Assembly: GCA_017464285.1 (NCBI GenBank)
Contig: JAFUDT010000014.1
Coordinates: 91,787 to 155,786, forward strand
Source: Bacteroidales bacterium
GTDB taxonomy: Bacteria > Bacteroidota > Bacteroidia > Bacteroidales > UBA1402
Length of the DNA stretch: 64,000 bases
Reading direction: 5' to 3'
Shown: piece by piece, positions 46,380 through 56,473 of the stretch
How the letters are laid out: each line of letters starts with the position of its first letter
Position numbering within the stretch: position 1 is the first letter of the stretch
Program-made: the position numbers and the translations under genes
Notes under the pieces: generated by a model
What the model saw: only the letters and a program-made list of their open reading frames with translations
Databases searched by the model: none
What the model was told of the DNA's origin: nothing

Positions 46380-47921
46380 ATGAAGACTATCAGATATTAC
46401 CTTGCTTCATTTACTGCCGCAGTCCTGATACTGACCGGCACAGGCTGCACACAGTGGCTCGAAGTCTATCCCCAGAACGACCAGGTCAGCGACTATTACT
46501 GGTCCAACAAGGAGGAAGTAGAAGCCATGCTGAACGGCTGCTACTATTACTATCGCGAGATGGTCACCACCAAGCTCATCCCGCTCGGAGAACTCCGTGC
46601 CGGACACTTGTTCAGCCGCAGTAACTATTCGAGTCTGCAGGAGTTCCGCGTCAAGGAGACCCAGGACATATGCAACTGGGGCCCGTTCTACGAAGTAATC
46701 AACGTGGCCAACGGCGTACTGGCCAATGCCGAAAAGGCCTACCAGGTGGACTATACCTACGATGAGAACATGCTCAACGCCCACAAGGCCGAGGCCCTTT
46801 TCCTCAGGGCGCTGTCCTATTTCTATCTGGTGCGCAACTGGCGTGAAGTACCGCTCATCCTGCAACCCTACGAGACAGATGCCCAGGAGTACTATTTTCC
46901 TCAAGCTACCGAAGAAAAGATCATATCCCAGATCAAGGAAGATCTCAAGACTGCCATTGAGTCCGGTGCCGCCAAGGAATACTACAACAAAACCTGGGAA
47001 AACAAAGGCCGTGCCACCAAGTGGGCCATGCTGGCCCTGATGGCTGACGTCTGCCTTTGGAACGGCGATTATGAGGAATGCGAACGCTATTGCGACATGC
47101 TGCTCCATTCCGGTTCGGCCTATGCCCCCAGTTTTCTGTCGACTCCCTCCCATGCTTCCTGGTTCTCGATTTTCAACCCGGGCAACAGCAACGAATCGAT
47201 ACTGGAACTCCAATGGAACGAAGAGGACGAACAGCTCAACATCCTGCCTGCCTTGTTCGAAGAAACCGGCAACGGCAGAGTCTATGCCTATTCACAGCGC
47301 ATGACCGAGCTTTTCATCCAGGAATGCTCTTACAACGACCAGCACCACGGTGAGTATGTGCGAGCCATGTACGGCGGCTTCCACATCCAGACTCCCTCGG
47401 CATACCTGGCAGCCACGACCGGCTACTGCTGGAAATACTACGGTTCGCAGGTCCTCACCGAAAAGCGTACTTCGGAACACTACGACCCCAATTTCATCCT
47501 GTATCGGGTGGCCGAAGTCATTCTTATGAAGGCCGAAGCCCTGGTCATGCAGGGAGAGAGCCGTTATGCCGAAGCGGTCGCACTCATCAACAAAGTACAC
47601 AACCGTTCCAATCTAGGTGATGTCAACATCGATCCGGCCGGCACCAACGAGATCGAACTGCTCAGCTGCCTGCTCGACGAAAGGGCCACCGAACTGGCCG
47701 GCGAAGGAAAGGCCTGGTACGATATGCTGCGCATGGGACGCCGCAACAACTACAAGTACAAAGAGACCTTCATCACCGCCCGTCTGCTCGATTTCAACAA
47801 ACAGGCCAGTACCAGCTGGTTCCGTGCCGTACTGTCGGACAACAACTCGCTGTACTTGCCTGTCTATGACAAAGAACTGGAGAACAACAGTCTGCTCCAT
47901 CAGAATCCCTATTACAAATAA
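46380..47921 (+). CDS. SusD/RagB-family outer-membrane lipoprotein (pair 1)
   Basis: 513 aa with lipobox LTGTGCTQ and TPR-like SusD motifs (RALSYFYLVRNWREVPL, RATELAGEGKAWYDMLR). Confidence 0.9.
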   Translation: MKTIRYYLASFTAAVLILTGTGCTQWLEVYPQNDQVSDYYWSNKEEVEAMLNGCYYYYREMVTTKLIPLGELRAGHLFSRSNYSSLQEFRVKETQDICNWGPFYEVINVANGVLANAEKAYQVDYTYDENMLNAHKAEALFLRALSYFYLVRNWREVPLILQPYETDAQEYYFPQATEEKIISQIKEDLKTAIESGAAKEYYNKTWENKGRATKWAMLALMADVCLWNGDYEECERYCDMLLHSGSAYAPSFLSTPSHASWFSIFNPGNSNESILELQWNEEDEQLNILPALFEETGNGRVYAYSQRMTELFIQECSYNDQHHGEYVRAMYGGFHIQTPSAYLAATTGYCWKYYGSQVLTEKRTSEHYDPNFILYRVAEVILMKAEALVMQGESRYAEAVALINKVHNRSNLGDVNIDPAGTNEIELLSCLLDERATELAGEGKAWYDMLRMGRRNNYKYKETFITARLLDFNKQASTSWFRAVLSDNNSLYLPVYDKELENNSLLHQNPYYK

Positions 47922-47939
47922 GCCCTAACGACCAATTGT

Positions 47940-49715
47940 ATGAATAAGAAACTGTTATCAAATACACTGGCTTTGCTGCTGCTCACACTTTGGGGCTGCA
48001 AGGATCCCTATGAGGGACAGATGTTTGTCATGGACGATGATGACGATACCAAGATTACCAACATCGCCTATCTGGAAAAACATAGCGAAGACTACTCGCT
48101 TTTCCTGAGTTTTCTGGAGTCTGCCGACTATTACAATGCCCTGAACGATGCCAGCACCACTGTCACACTTTTCGCACCAGACAATGATGCCATGCAGACG
48201 TTCATGGATTTGAAGGGAATCTCCTCCTTCGACGAGCTCGACCGGGAATACGCCCGTCAGGTCATACAGGTTCATGTCATCAAGACCAGTCTGTCGGAAA
48301 GTTCCTTTATCCAGTACACCAACGAAGGGAGCATCAGCACGCCCACCCTGCTGGGCGATTATCTGACTCTGGGATACGGCTATCTCGACACTGATGTCAA
48401 CGATGAAGTCCTGGCCACCACAATTCCACAAGACACCCTTTCCATCTATATCAACAACATGGCCCAAGTCAGGGAAATGGCCCATCAGACCGTGAACGGC
48501 ATGGTCTATCGACTGGGAGGAGTCATCAGGCCTCTGATTGAGACCGTCGTGGAAAAATTGAAAGATTACGGAGAATACAAGTTGTTTCTGGAAGCCGTTG
48601 AGGCCGCCGGTATGACAGAACTGCTGGAGATCACGGCCGATACCGTTGAGCAGGCTATGGGACAGAGCGTAATCAACGCTGTCAATTACACCGTGTTTGC
48701 TGTAGATGACGCCACATTTGCCCAGGCTGGCATTCTCACGCTGGACCAGTTGGAAACCTGGCTGGGAGCCAGGGATGCCGGCGGACGCACCGGCATCAGC
48801 CGTGTCGACTCGGCCAGCGTCATTCACCGCTATGTCTGCTACCACATCCTGGACGGGGCCAATGACAAAGCCACACTCACCTACAGTGCCGACCCGACAG
48901 CCGTCAAGACATTTGACACCCGTCAGCCTGGTGAAATCATCACCCTGCAGACACTGGTGGGACAGACCTTCATCAACGGAGAAGACGGCTACGGCTTTGT
49001 CCACTCTGACATCAGGGCATGCAACGGCTATATCCACAAAATAAGCGGCATCATGCCCGTCTGGAGTCCGGCACCGAGCGAGGTGGTATGGGACTTCTGC
49101 AACAGCCAAGACATCATCACCCTGGTCAATGCCTACGGGGCCGACAACAGCTTGGGCATGCTCTACAGCGTCCCCAGTGACGCCTCCGAATACAAAATAG
49201 ACCTTTCGAGCAGCAATACATACGGAACTGTCACCTCCTTTCGATATAACGTAGCTGCGCCCAAAAGCTCCTGGCTGAGAGTCGGCTTCTGGAAAATCAA
49301 GGCCAACAGCGATGCCGCACTCGACTACGAAAACGAGCTGAACGCCTATCTGAACAACCTTTTCATCGTCAACCTGGGATATACCGGCTGGATAGAGTTC
49401 AAGACCCCGACACTGGTCAAGGGAAAATATCGCGTGGAATTCTACTATGCCGGGGCCAAGGCTCTGGCATCCAAATTCTACGGTCAGGGAAGTCTGATAA
49501 AGTTCACCCTGGACGACTACCTGAAAAACTACTATGTCTGGAAAGGCTGGGACAAAGCTCAGCAGGCCGTCACGGGCGATGTCCTGTTCGAGACTGTCAT
49601 CTTCGACAAGACATCGAGCCATACGCTCAAAGCCGTCCTGATGGATGCCAATGCCACCAGTAATGCCAATTACCGACAAATGTGGGATTATATCAAATTT
49701 ATCCCTATCGATTAG
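47940..49715 (+). CDS. Fasciclin (FAS1) multi-domain lipoprotein
   Basis: 591 aa with lipobox LTLWGCKD. FAS1-like segments: DYSLFLSFLESADYYNALNDASTTVTLFAPDNDAM, and YKLFLEAVEAAGMTELL...YTVFAVDDATF. Confidence 0.78.
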   Translation: MNKKLLSNTLALLLLTLWGCKDPYEGQMFVMDDDDDTKITNIAYLEKHSEDYSLFLSFLESADYYNALNDASTTVTLFAPDNDAMQTFMDLKGISSFDELDREYARQVIQVHVIKTSLSESSFIQYTNEGSISTPTLLGDYLTLGYGYLDTDVNDEVLATTIPQDTLSIYINNMAQVREMAHQTVNGMVYRLGGVIRPLIETVVEKLKDYGEYKLFLEAVEAAGMTELLEITADTVEQAMGQSVINAVNYTVFAVDDATFAQAGILTLDQLETWLGARDAGGRTGISRVDSASVIHRYVCYHILDGANDKATLTYSADPTAVKTFDTRQPGEIITLQTLVGQTFINGEDGYGFVHSDIRACNGYIHKISGIMPVWSPAPSEVVWDFCNSQDIITLVNAYGADNSLGMLYSVPSDASEYKIDLSSSNTYGTVTSFRYNVAAPKSSWLRVGFWKIKANSDAALDYENELNAYLNNLFIVNLGYTGWIEFKTPTLVKGKYRVEFYYAGAKALASKFYGQGSLIKFTLDDYLKNYYVWKGWDKAQQAVTGDVLFETVIFDKTSSHTLKAVLMDANATSNANYRQMWDYIKFIPID

Positions 49716-49740
49716 AGAGAACAAAGAAAATCATCGGATT

Positions 49741-51573
49741 ATGAAGAAACATACCTTTCCCTTACTGCTTGCCGCCGTGGCGATGGCCTTGGTGACGAGT
49801 GCCTGTCAGGACAACTGGAAAGATCACTATGGTCAGCAGCCGCTCAGCGCCGACAGTCAAACCGAGATTATACAAGGAGATTTGAAACAGTTTTTTGCCC
49901 TTCACGAAGAGTTCAGTGCCCAGCATAAACTGTTTTCCCAGGCGGGCATCTTCGACAGAATGAAGCAGGGACAGCAGTATACCGTGCTTGTCTATGACAA
50001 CAGCCTGCTGGCATCCTCCCCGTATGCCGCCATGACCGACTATGCCGGCTACTGTATCAGCGACATCGCCCTGTCTCCCGTCGAACTGAAAAACGGGCTG
50101 GGCATCTCCACCTGGTACGGCAAAAACCTGTGGATCTCCACAACGGCCGAAGGGAAGACCCGCGTCAACAACGCCGGCCTGGGCCGGACCTTCCGTACCG
50201 AGGACGCTTTTATTTACGAAATCAGCGACAGGATGCTGTCGGTTTCCCCTTCGGTCTATGACCAGATCATGCAGCTGGACGACAGCAACTATTCGACTTT
50301 CAAACGTCTGATTGGCCAATACGAACGCACATGGTTCGATGCCGACAAGTGTACACCGTCCGGGACAAACGAACAGGGTAACACTGTCTATGCCGACTCT
50401 GTCAAGGGCTGGACAGTCAAAAACACCCTCATGGACCGATATACGGAAGATGGCCTGGAGATGTGGAACATGCGCAGCGAAGGCTACAACACGACTGTGC
50501 TTGTACCGAGTAACGCCGTCATCAAAGAAGCACTTGACACAGCCCTGGCCAAAGTGCCCCGCTATCTTGGCCGTGCCGCCACCGCTGCCGACCGGGAAAA
50601 GTTTGAAAAATGGATTGTCCGCGTCTGCTTTATCGACCGTCGTCTCAATGCCGAGGAAGTCACCGGCACCACCGACATCGACTGCGTAGGCGGCTATATG
50701 AAGGACACGCTGGAAGGCACCAAGTTCAGTCAGGCCGAGGCGGCCATGTGGCGTCCGACCGTGCAAAGGGTCCGCACCGATGACATGATACAGGCCAGCA
50801 ACGGCAATCTGTTCTTCATCGACTGGATGAAAGTCCCCAACAACGTCATCATCTATCGCCTGAAAAGCCGCTTCTACGAGCTATGGAACAACATGACGGC
50901 AGAGCAGCGCACCCAGTATTTCCGCTGGAGCCACTGGATTGATCCTATGATCATCAATGATGCCCAGGGCTCCTTCGAACTGTCACCGACCATGCCGACC
51001 ATGTATTACCACGTACTGACGGCCATTCCCGACGATACGGCCCGCAAAGCCAAACTTTACAACACCGACCCGGTTGTCTGCAGCGTCACCTACGATGGCA
51101 CGCTCTTTCTGGAGAACAATCCACGCGGTCAACGTATAAAGGAATGCCACATACCGGCCGGCGAATACTATCTGCGCATGGGATTCAAGCATAGTCTGAT
51201 GTATTCGCTGAGCATCCAGTTCAACGACACCCTGCTCATCAAGGACATGGTCATGTATGCCCAAGGCAGCAACTACCACTTCGACCGAGGCTCTGTCTCG
51301 GTGGTCGACAACTATGGGGAATCATCCATCGGGTATCCCGAAGGATACAACTGGCATGACTGGTCGTCGCTCAGTGAAAAGGCCCAGGCCTATGACACAG
51401 ACGGCTATCAGGTGGGGATTGTCAATGTCAAGGAAGACGGCAATTTCACCATAACCGTATCCTCCTCCGATATGTACTATCTATACACTTACGGCGCAGA
51501 CCGGAATACCTCCAATGTCTATCAGCTGATGATGTATCACTGGTGTCTGCGTCCGACGAAAAACAATTATTGA
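49741..51573 (+). CDS. FAS1-like lipoprotein, otherwise uncharacterised
   Basis: ORF 49645..51573 trimmed to MKKHTFPLLLAAVAMALVTSACQD at 49741 (610 aa). The N-terminal FAS1-like segment runs LKQFFALHEEFSAQHKLFSQAGIFDRMKQGQQYTVLVYDNSLL ... FIYEISDRML. Confidence 0.68.
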   Translation: MKKHTFPLLLAAVAMALVTSACQDNWKDHYGQQPLSADSQTEIIQGDLKQFFALHEEFSAQHKLFSQAGIFDRMKQGQQYTVLVYDNSLLASSPYAAMTDYAGYCISDIALSPVELKNGLGISTWYGKNLWISTTAEGKTRVNNAGLGRTFRTEDAFIYEISDRMLSVSPSVYDQIMQLDDSNYSTFKRLIGQYERTWFDADKCTPSGTNEQGNTVYADSVKGWTVKNTLMDRYTEDGLEMWNMRSEGYNTTVLVPSNAVIKEALDTALAKVPRYLGRAATAADREKFEKWIVRVCFIDRRLNAEEVTGTTDIDCVGGYMKDTLEGTKFSQAEAAMWRPTVQRVRTDDMIQASNGNLFFIDWMKVPNNVIIYRLKSRFYELWNNMTAEQRTQYFRWSHWIDPMIINDAQGSFELSPTMPTMYYHVLTAIPDDTARKAKLYNTDPVVCSVTYDGTLFLENNPRGQRIKECHIPAGEYYLRMGFKHSLMYSLSIQFNDTLLIKDMVMYAQGSNYHFDRGSVSVVDNYGESSIGYPEGYNWHDWSSLSEKAQAYDTDGYQVGIVNVKEDGNFTITVSSSDMYYLYTYGADRNTSNVYQLMMYHWCLRPTKNNY

Positions 51574-51574
51574 T

Positions 51575-54500
51575 ATGAAGAGAGTACTTTCATTTGTCAT
51601 CATATCCCTGCTGGGTATAGCCTCCGCGCTTGCACAGGGTTTTGTGCTGAACACCCGGGTAGCCGATACCAAAGGGCAGATGCTCAGTGGCGTCATGATC
51701 GAATCGACCGGCGCCGAAACTTCGGCCTTCAGCGACATAGAAGGTCGCGTCGAACTGAAAATGACAGTGCCGCAGGCTGTCATAAGAGTCTCACTCAGCG
51801 GATACTACAGTGTTGAACTGCCTGTCAGCGAGCAAAACCAGCCTGGACTGATCACCCTGATTCCCGAAGACTGGAGAAACTACACCGAAAACGCTTCTCT
51901 CAATAAAAAGGACATGCAGCAAGCTATGAATATCGACCTGGGCATCCAGGGAAAGATTCCCGGCCTGCAGACCGTCCAGAAGAGCGGTATGCCCGCCGAA
52001 GGAGCCTATATGAATATCGGCGGCCTGCACTCCCTATATGCCGAGAACACACCTCTGATTGTGGTCAACGGTGTTCCCTACCTGAACGACACGGAAGTCT
52101 CGACAGCGATCAATGCCTATAGTCGGAGCTTGTTTGCAGCACTCAATATCTATGACATACGCAACATCACCCTGCTCACCGGAGCCCAGGCAGCCCAGTA
52201 CGGTTCGCTGGGATCCAACGGTGTGCTGCTAATCGAGACAGAACGGGCCACCAGTGACAACCTCGACACCCGTATCTCGTTTTCCGGTCAATACGGTATG
52301 CACTTCAAAGGCCGTACCATGGAGGTACTCGACGACAGAGACTACAATAACTACCTGCGGGAAGTCGGGCTCGGACGTTACGGCTCGATGAATGCGCTCA
52401 CTGCCGACTATCCTTTCCTGCAAAGTTCCGCCGACTATCCGACGGCCTATATTTTCAATAACCGGACCGACTGGCAGAAAGAGATTTACCAGTCGGCCTT
52501 CCTGACCAACAACGTTTTTCGGGTGGAAGGCGGCGATGAAGTGGCCAAATACAATATGAGCGTAGGCTATTCCTCCGACGGTGGCATCATCTCCGGAACG
52601 AGCACCAATCGCTACCATACGCTGCTCAATTCCGACATCATGGTCAGCCGCAAGGTGGACATCTTCACCTCTGTAGGCCTGTCCTACATGAACAGCCGGC
52701 TGCAGGAACAGGGTATGAGCCATGAAACCAATCCGATGCTGGCAGCCTGGTACAAGATGCCTGTGCTGAGCCCCTATTTCGCCGGCAACGACGGCAAGCT
52801 GACCAACACCTATGCCACCTACGATTTCTCCAACATCAACGACTATCCGCTGTACCCTTACGAGAATGTCAGCAATCCGACAGCCATTGTCAATACCCTC
52901 GAAGCCGGCGATAAAATCTATGACGTCAACATAAACCTGGGACTCAACTATCAGGTGCTTGACAGACTGAAACTGACAGGTATCTTCAATCGCCAGTACC
53001 GCTATGTGGAAGAGAACCTGTTCATCCCCGGGGTGAGCAACCAGGCCATTTATCCACAGTACTATGGCATCGGGCGAAACACCGTGCGCAAAGCCATTTC
53101 GGAAAGAAGCAACACCTACTACGGCCTGAACGCAGCCTACCGACGTATCTTCAGACATATCCACGAGCTTCGGGCCGATTTGGGCGGCCGCATCATGACC
53201 AGTTCCTCGGAATACGACATGTCGAGCGGCTACAACACAGCCAACGATTATTACAAGACTCTGGACAAAACCACCGATGAAGAAAATTCAGACGGCTACA
53301 TCAACCTGTGGACTTGGGCCAATTACTACCTCAGGGCCGGCTATACCTGGAACAGGCTCATTGATGCCAGCCTGAGCCTGAGTCTGGACGGCAGCTCGGT
53401 GAGCGGCATCGACGCTCCGCTCTACTATGTCTATCCGGCAGCAGCCGTCAAACTGATGGCCGCCCATCTGGGAATGATACCCGACTGGATCAACACACTG
53501 GACTTCCAGCTTTCCGCATCGCTGAGTGGCAACAGCCGATTTTCGAGCAACTATGCCAAGAACTATTACACCAGCTCGAATTTCTTTACGATGGGATCCA
53601 TCATCCGCGGCGACATACCCAATACTCTGCTTGAACCGGAAAAACAGCGGCAACTGACAGCCGGCCTGAATACCAGTCTATGGGGACATCGCCTGCAGTT
53701 CGGAGCCGATTTCCACAGCACATATGCCTATGACCTGATCATTCCCCAGTCGATTTCGAGCGTCTATGCCTCGGACAACTACTACGAGAATGCAGCTGCC
53801 GTCTCCACCAATGGCATGACCCTGAGCCTCAGGCTCACCCCGGTTGAGACCCGACAGCTGAGCTGGACCTTGGGCGGCCATATCACCGGTAACCGCAGTA
53901 TAGTCAAGGACCTGGGCGGCCGCGACTTTCTGGACATCCGTTATGAGGGCCTGTCACAGGGAGAAGACATGATTGTCCGCCTGAAAGTGGGTGAAGAGCC
54001 CTATCAGTTCTACGGCTATGAAACCGACGGCATCTACACCACAACAGCCCAGGCCCGCACCGAAGACCTTACCTCGGCCAAGGGTTCCAAGTTTCAGGCC
54101 GGTGATGTCCGTTACATCGACCACCATGCCGACGGTGTCATCAACGAGCAAGACAAGGTCTTGCTGGGCAGTACCCGTCCCGACTGCTTCGGTTCGCTTT
54201 TCACCCACTTGCGCTATGGTCAGTTCGGTCTCAATGTCCAGTTCAACTACAGCATTGGCGGCAAAGTCTATAATGCCGTCCGCCGTCAGCTGGAGTCGAT
54301 GGACCGTTTCTACAACCAGGCTCTTTCGGTCAGAAACCGCTGGCAGATGGAAGGCCAGCAGACAAACATGCCCCGGGCCGCCTACGGTGATCCGAGTGGA
54401 AACAACCAGTTTTCCGACCGTTGGACAGAGGATGCCAGCTATCTGAAACTGGGGGCCCTCACGCTGAGCTACAGTATCGAACACCCGATTGCCAACTTCT

Positions 54501-54670
54501 TCCGTTCGGGAGAATTGTGGATATCGGCAGAAAATCTGATGACCTGGACCCGCTATCTGGGCAACGATCCCGAGACGGCCTATAGCTATGACGATGCCCT
54601 GTTGGGCATCGACTACGCCAAAGTGCCCCGGCCAAAGACTGTCAAAATCGGTTTCAACTTGAATTTCTAA
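51575..54670 (+). CDS. SusC/RagA-family TonB-dependent outer-membrane transporter (pair 2)
   Basis: 1031 aa with a plug region (ITLLTGAQAAQYGSLGSNGVLLIETE). The C-terminus is ...IGFNLNF. Confidence 0.9.
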   Translation: MKRVLSFVIISLLGIASALAQGFVLNTRVADTKGQMLSGVMIESTGAETSAFSDIEGRVELKMTVPQAVIRVSLSGYYSVELPVSEQNQPGLITLIPEDWRNYTENASLNKKDMQQAMNIDLGIQGKIPGLQTVQKSGMPAEGAYMNIGGLHSLYAENTPLIVVNGVPYLNDTEVSTAINAYSRSLFAALNIYDIRNITLLTGAQAAQYGSLGSNGVLLIETERATSDNLDTRISFSGQYGMHFKGRTMEVLDDRDYNNYLREVGLGRYGSMNALTADYPFLQSSADYPTAYIFNNRTDWQKEIYQSAFLTNNVFRVEGGDEVAKYNMSVGYSSDGGIISGTSTNRYHTLLNSDIMVSRKVDIFTSVGLSYMNSRLQEQGMSHETNPMLAAWYKMPVLSPYFAGNDGKLTNTYATYDFSNINDYPLYPYENVSNPTAIVNTLEAGDKIYDVNINLGLNYQVLDRLKLTGIFNRQYRYVEENLFIPGVSNQAIYPQYYGIGRNTVRKAISERSNTYYGLNAAYRRIFRHIHELRADLGGRIMTSSSEYDMSSGYNTANDYYKTLDKTTDEENSDGYINLWTWANYYLRAGYTWNRLIDASLSLSLDGSSVSGIDAPLYYVYPAAAVKLMAAHLGMIPDWINTLDFQLSASLSGNSRFSSNYAKNYYTSSNFFTMGSIIRGDIPNTLLEPEKQRQLTAGLNTSLWGHRLQFGADFHSTYAYDLIIPQSISSVYASDNYYENAAAVSTNGMTLSLRLTPVETRQLSWTLGGHITGNRSIVKDLGGRDFLDIRYEGLSQGEDMIVRLKVGEEPYQFYGYETDGIYTTTAQARTEDLTSAKGSKFQAGDVRYIDHHADGVINEQDKVLLGSTRPDCFGSLFTHLRYGQFGLNVQFNYSIGGKVYNAVRRQLESMDRFYNQALSVRNRWQMEGQQTNMPRAAYGDPSGNNQFSDRWTEDASYLKLGALTLSYSIEHPIANFFRSGELWISAENLMTWTRYLGNDPETAYSYDDALLGIDYAKVPRPKTVKIGFNLNF

Positions 54671-54675
54671 GACTT

Positions 54676-56472
54676 ATGAAGAAGATATTATTCCCTCTCA
54701 TTGCCATGACACTGGCACTGGCTTTCAGTTCCTGCCGGGAGATGTTTCTGACCGATCCCGATGACATCATCAATGTGGACGACTATATCAGCCAGGACGA
54801 CGAAATGTACAAAGGTTTCCTGGGCATCATGACCCGGATGCAGCAAGCCGCCGACCATTCCATTATCCTGACGGACACCCGGAGCGATTATTTCGAAGTG
54901 ACAGCCAATGCTCCGCTGGAGCTGCAGAAAATCTATACCTATGACGCCACCGACGGCAACACCTATGCCGATCCGGCTCCCTATTATGCCATCGTCATTG
55001 CCTGCAACGACTACATCGACAAGATGAAAGCCTATCGGCAAAAGACCGGTGAAAACATGGACGAAAAGGCCATATCGAATTTCAATGCACTGATAAGCAG
55101 CACTATCCGTCTGAAGGTATGGGCATATCTGAAACTCGGCTCCATCTATGGACAGGCCGTTTGGTTTGATGATCCGCTGGAAGAGAAAAAAGATCTCTCC
55201 GACAGCGGGATTTTTAGCCTGTGCGATATTGGACAGCTGGTGGACAAATGCCTCAGCCTGCTTGACAACGGACTGGTACTCTATCAGAACGAAACGATCT
55301 CCTCACAGCTCGTCATGGACTGGGCCTCCTGGATCAACGAAGAGGATGTGACCGACAACTACACCCACTGGCAGTACATGATTCCGCCCTACCTGACCCT
55401 GCGATGTGAACTGCTGCTCTGGCGAGGCTTGCCAGAAGACTACCTCTGGATACGTGATACAGTGATCAAGTATCTTTACAAGGTACACCAGGGGACCATC
55501 AACGACGGGATCGAGGTAGCCTACAACGACTGGCGCTATGCCTGCAACATTCCCATCCGCACAGGTGCCGACAATCTCTATGCCACAGAGTACTACCGCA
55601 TGTTCTACAACGAACTGTACAATGCCAGTAACTTCACCAATTTCTATCAGGTAATTACCGGTATCATGTACGACTATGAACACCATCAGACCAACCATAT
55701 CATCGAGTATTTCTGTCCGCGTACGCCAGGCAAGTATTATTTACGTCCGTCACGCTATGCCATCGGCAAGTACAACGAATCCGACCTGCGCAGTCTCACC
55801 CAGCGCAACAACATGGACATCATCGACGGCGACACCTGCTTCTGCAAATACTACTATCACCGCGGCGAATGGCTGCGCGCCCGCATCGTCGAGATACAGC
55901 CTGTCATTCCCCTGTTCCGCGGTCACGACTACCATTTCTACCTGGCCGAAGCTGAGAACCATCTGGGCAACTGGCATCAGGCAGAGGTCATCATGAACAA
56001 TGGCGTGACCAATGAATTTGCCGATAAGGTTCTTCCTTCCTACTGGGCATTTGAGTACAATTCCTGGTTCTGTCCCGGCGGCGGTTACGGAGATATCGGT
56101 GTCGCCACCTCCGTTTACGGGAATACCCATGATTTTCCGATGGGAATCTATGACTGGCTCACCAAGACCAAGACTACCTATCCGGACGGGCTCTTCCACA
56201 ACAGTAAAGGAGAGACCTTCGACGAAGCTGCCCGTATCCGCGAATACGACCTGCTTATCATGGACGAAGCCCTGTCGGAATATGCCGGCGAAGGCCGTGC
56301 CTATGCCTATGTCTGCCGCATGGCCGAGCGCTACGGAGCCGCAGCCGTGGTGGATCGTATCGCTGACAAGTACAAAAACACCCCCTATTACGAAAAAGTA
56401 CGTTCGGCCATTCTGGCCGGCGACTACTGGGTAAAATGGGATCTGAAAGCCAACGGATTAAACAACAACTGA
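54676..56472 (+). CDS. SusD/RagB-family outer-membrane lipoprotein (pair 2)
   Basis: 598 aa with lipobox ALAFSSCRE. The SusD-like assignment rests on its position directly downstream of SusC and a helical repeat pattern. Confidence 0.85.
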   Translation: MKKILFPLIAMTLALAFSSCREMFLTDPDDIINVDDYISQDDEMYKGFLGIMTRMQQAADHSIILTDTRSDYFEVTANAPLELQKIYTYDATDGNTYADPAPYYAIVIACNDYIDKMKAYRQKTGENMDEKAISNFNALISSTIRLKVWAYLKLGSIYGQAVWFDDPLEEKKDLSDSGIFSLCDIGQLVDKCLSLLDNGLVLYQNETISSQLVMDWASWINEEDVTDNYTHWQYMIPPYLTLRCELLLWRGLPEDYLWIRDTVIKYLYKVHQGTINDGIEVAYNDWRYACNIPIRTGADNLYATEYYRMFYNELYNASNFTNFYQVITGIMYDYEHHQTNHIIEYFCPRTPGKYYLRPSRYAIGKYNESDLRSLTQRNNMDIIDGDTCFCKYYYHRGEWLRARIVEIQPVIPLFRGHDYHFYLAEAENHLGNWHQAEVIMNNGVTNEFADKVLPSYWAFEYNSWFCPGGGYGDIGVATSVYGNTHDFPMGIYDWLTKTKTTYPDGLFHNSKGETFDEAARIREYDLLIMDEALSEYAGEGRAYAYVCRMAERYGAAAVVDRIADKYKNTPYYEKVRSAILAGDYWVKWDLKANGLNNN

Positions 56473-56473
56473 T

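Noticed and set aside
47958-49724. A 588-aa ORF on the minus strand spanning the whole 47940..49715 FAS1 gene. Similar long antisense ORFs occur at 16163..17557, 12880..14049, 19498..20478, 9075..10061, 49762..50766, 52229..53164 and 46407..47213.
   Set aside because: These are shadow ORFs of GC-rich sense genes. Their products are low-complexity (rich in G, V, D, A, H), lack signal peptides and motifs, and have no promoter boxes. The sense-strand proteins carry clear family signatures and fit the operon. The 588-codon length is striking, but it matches a stop-poor antisense frame and is not evidence of coding.
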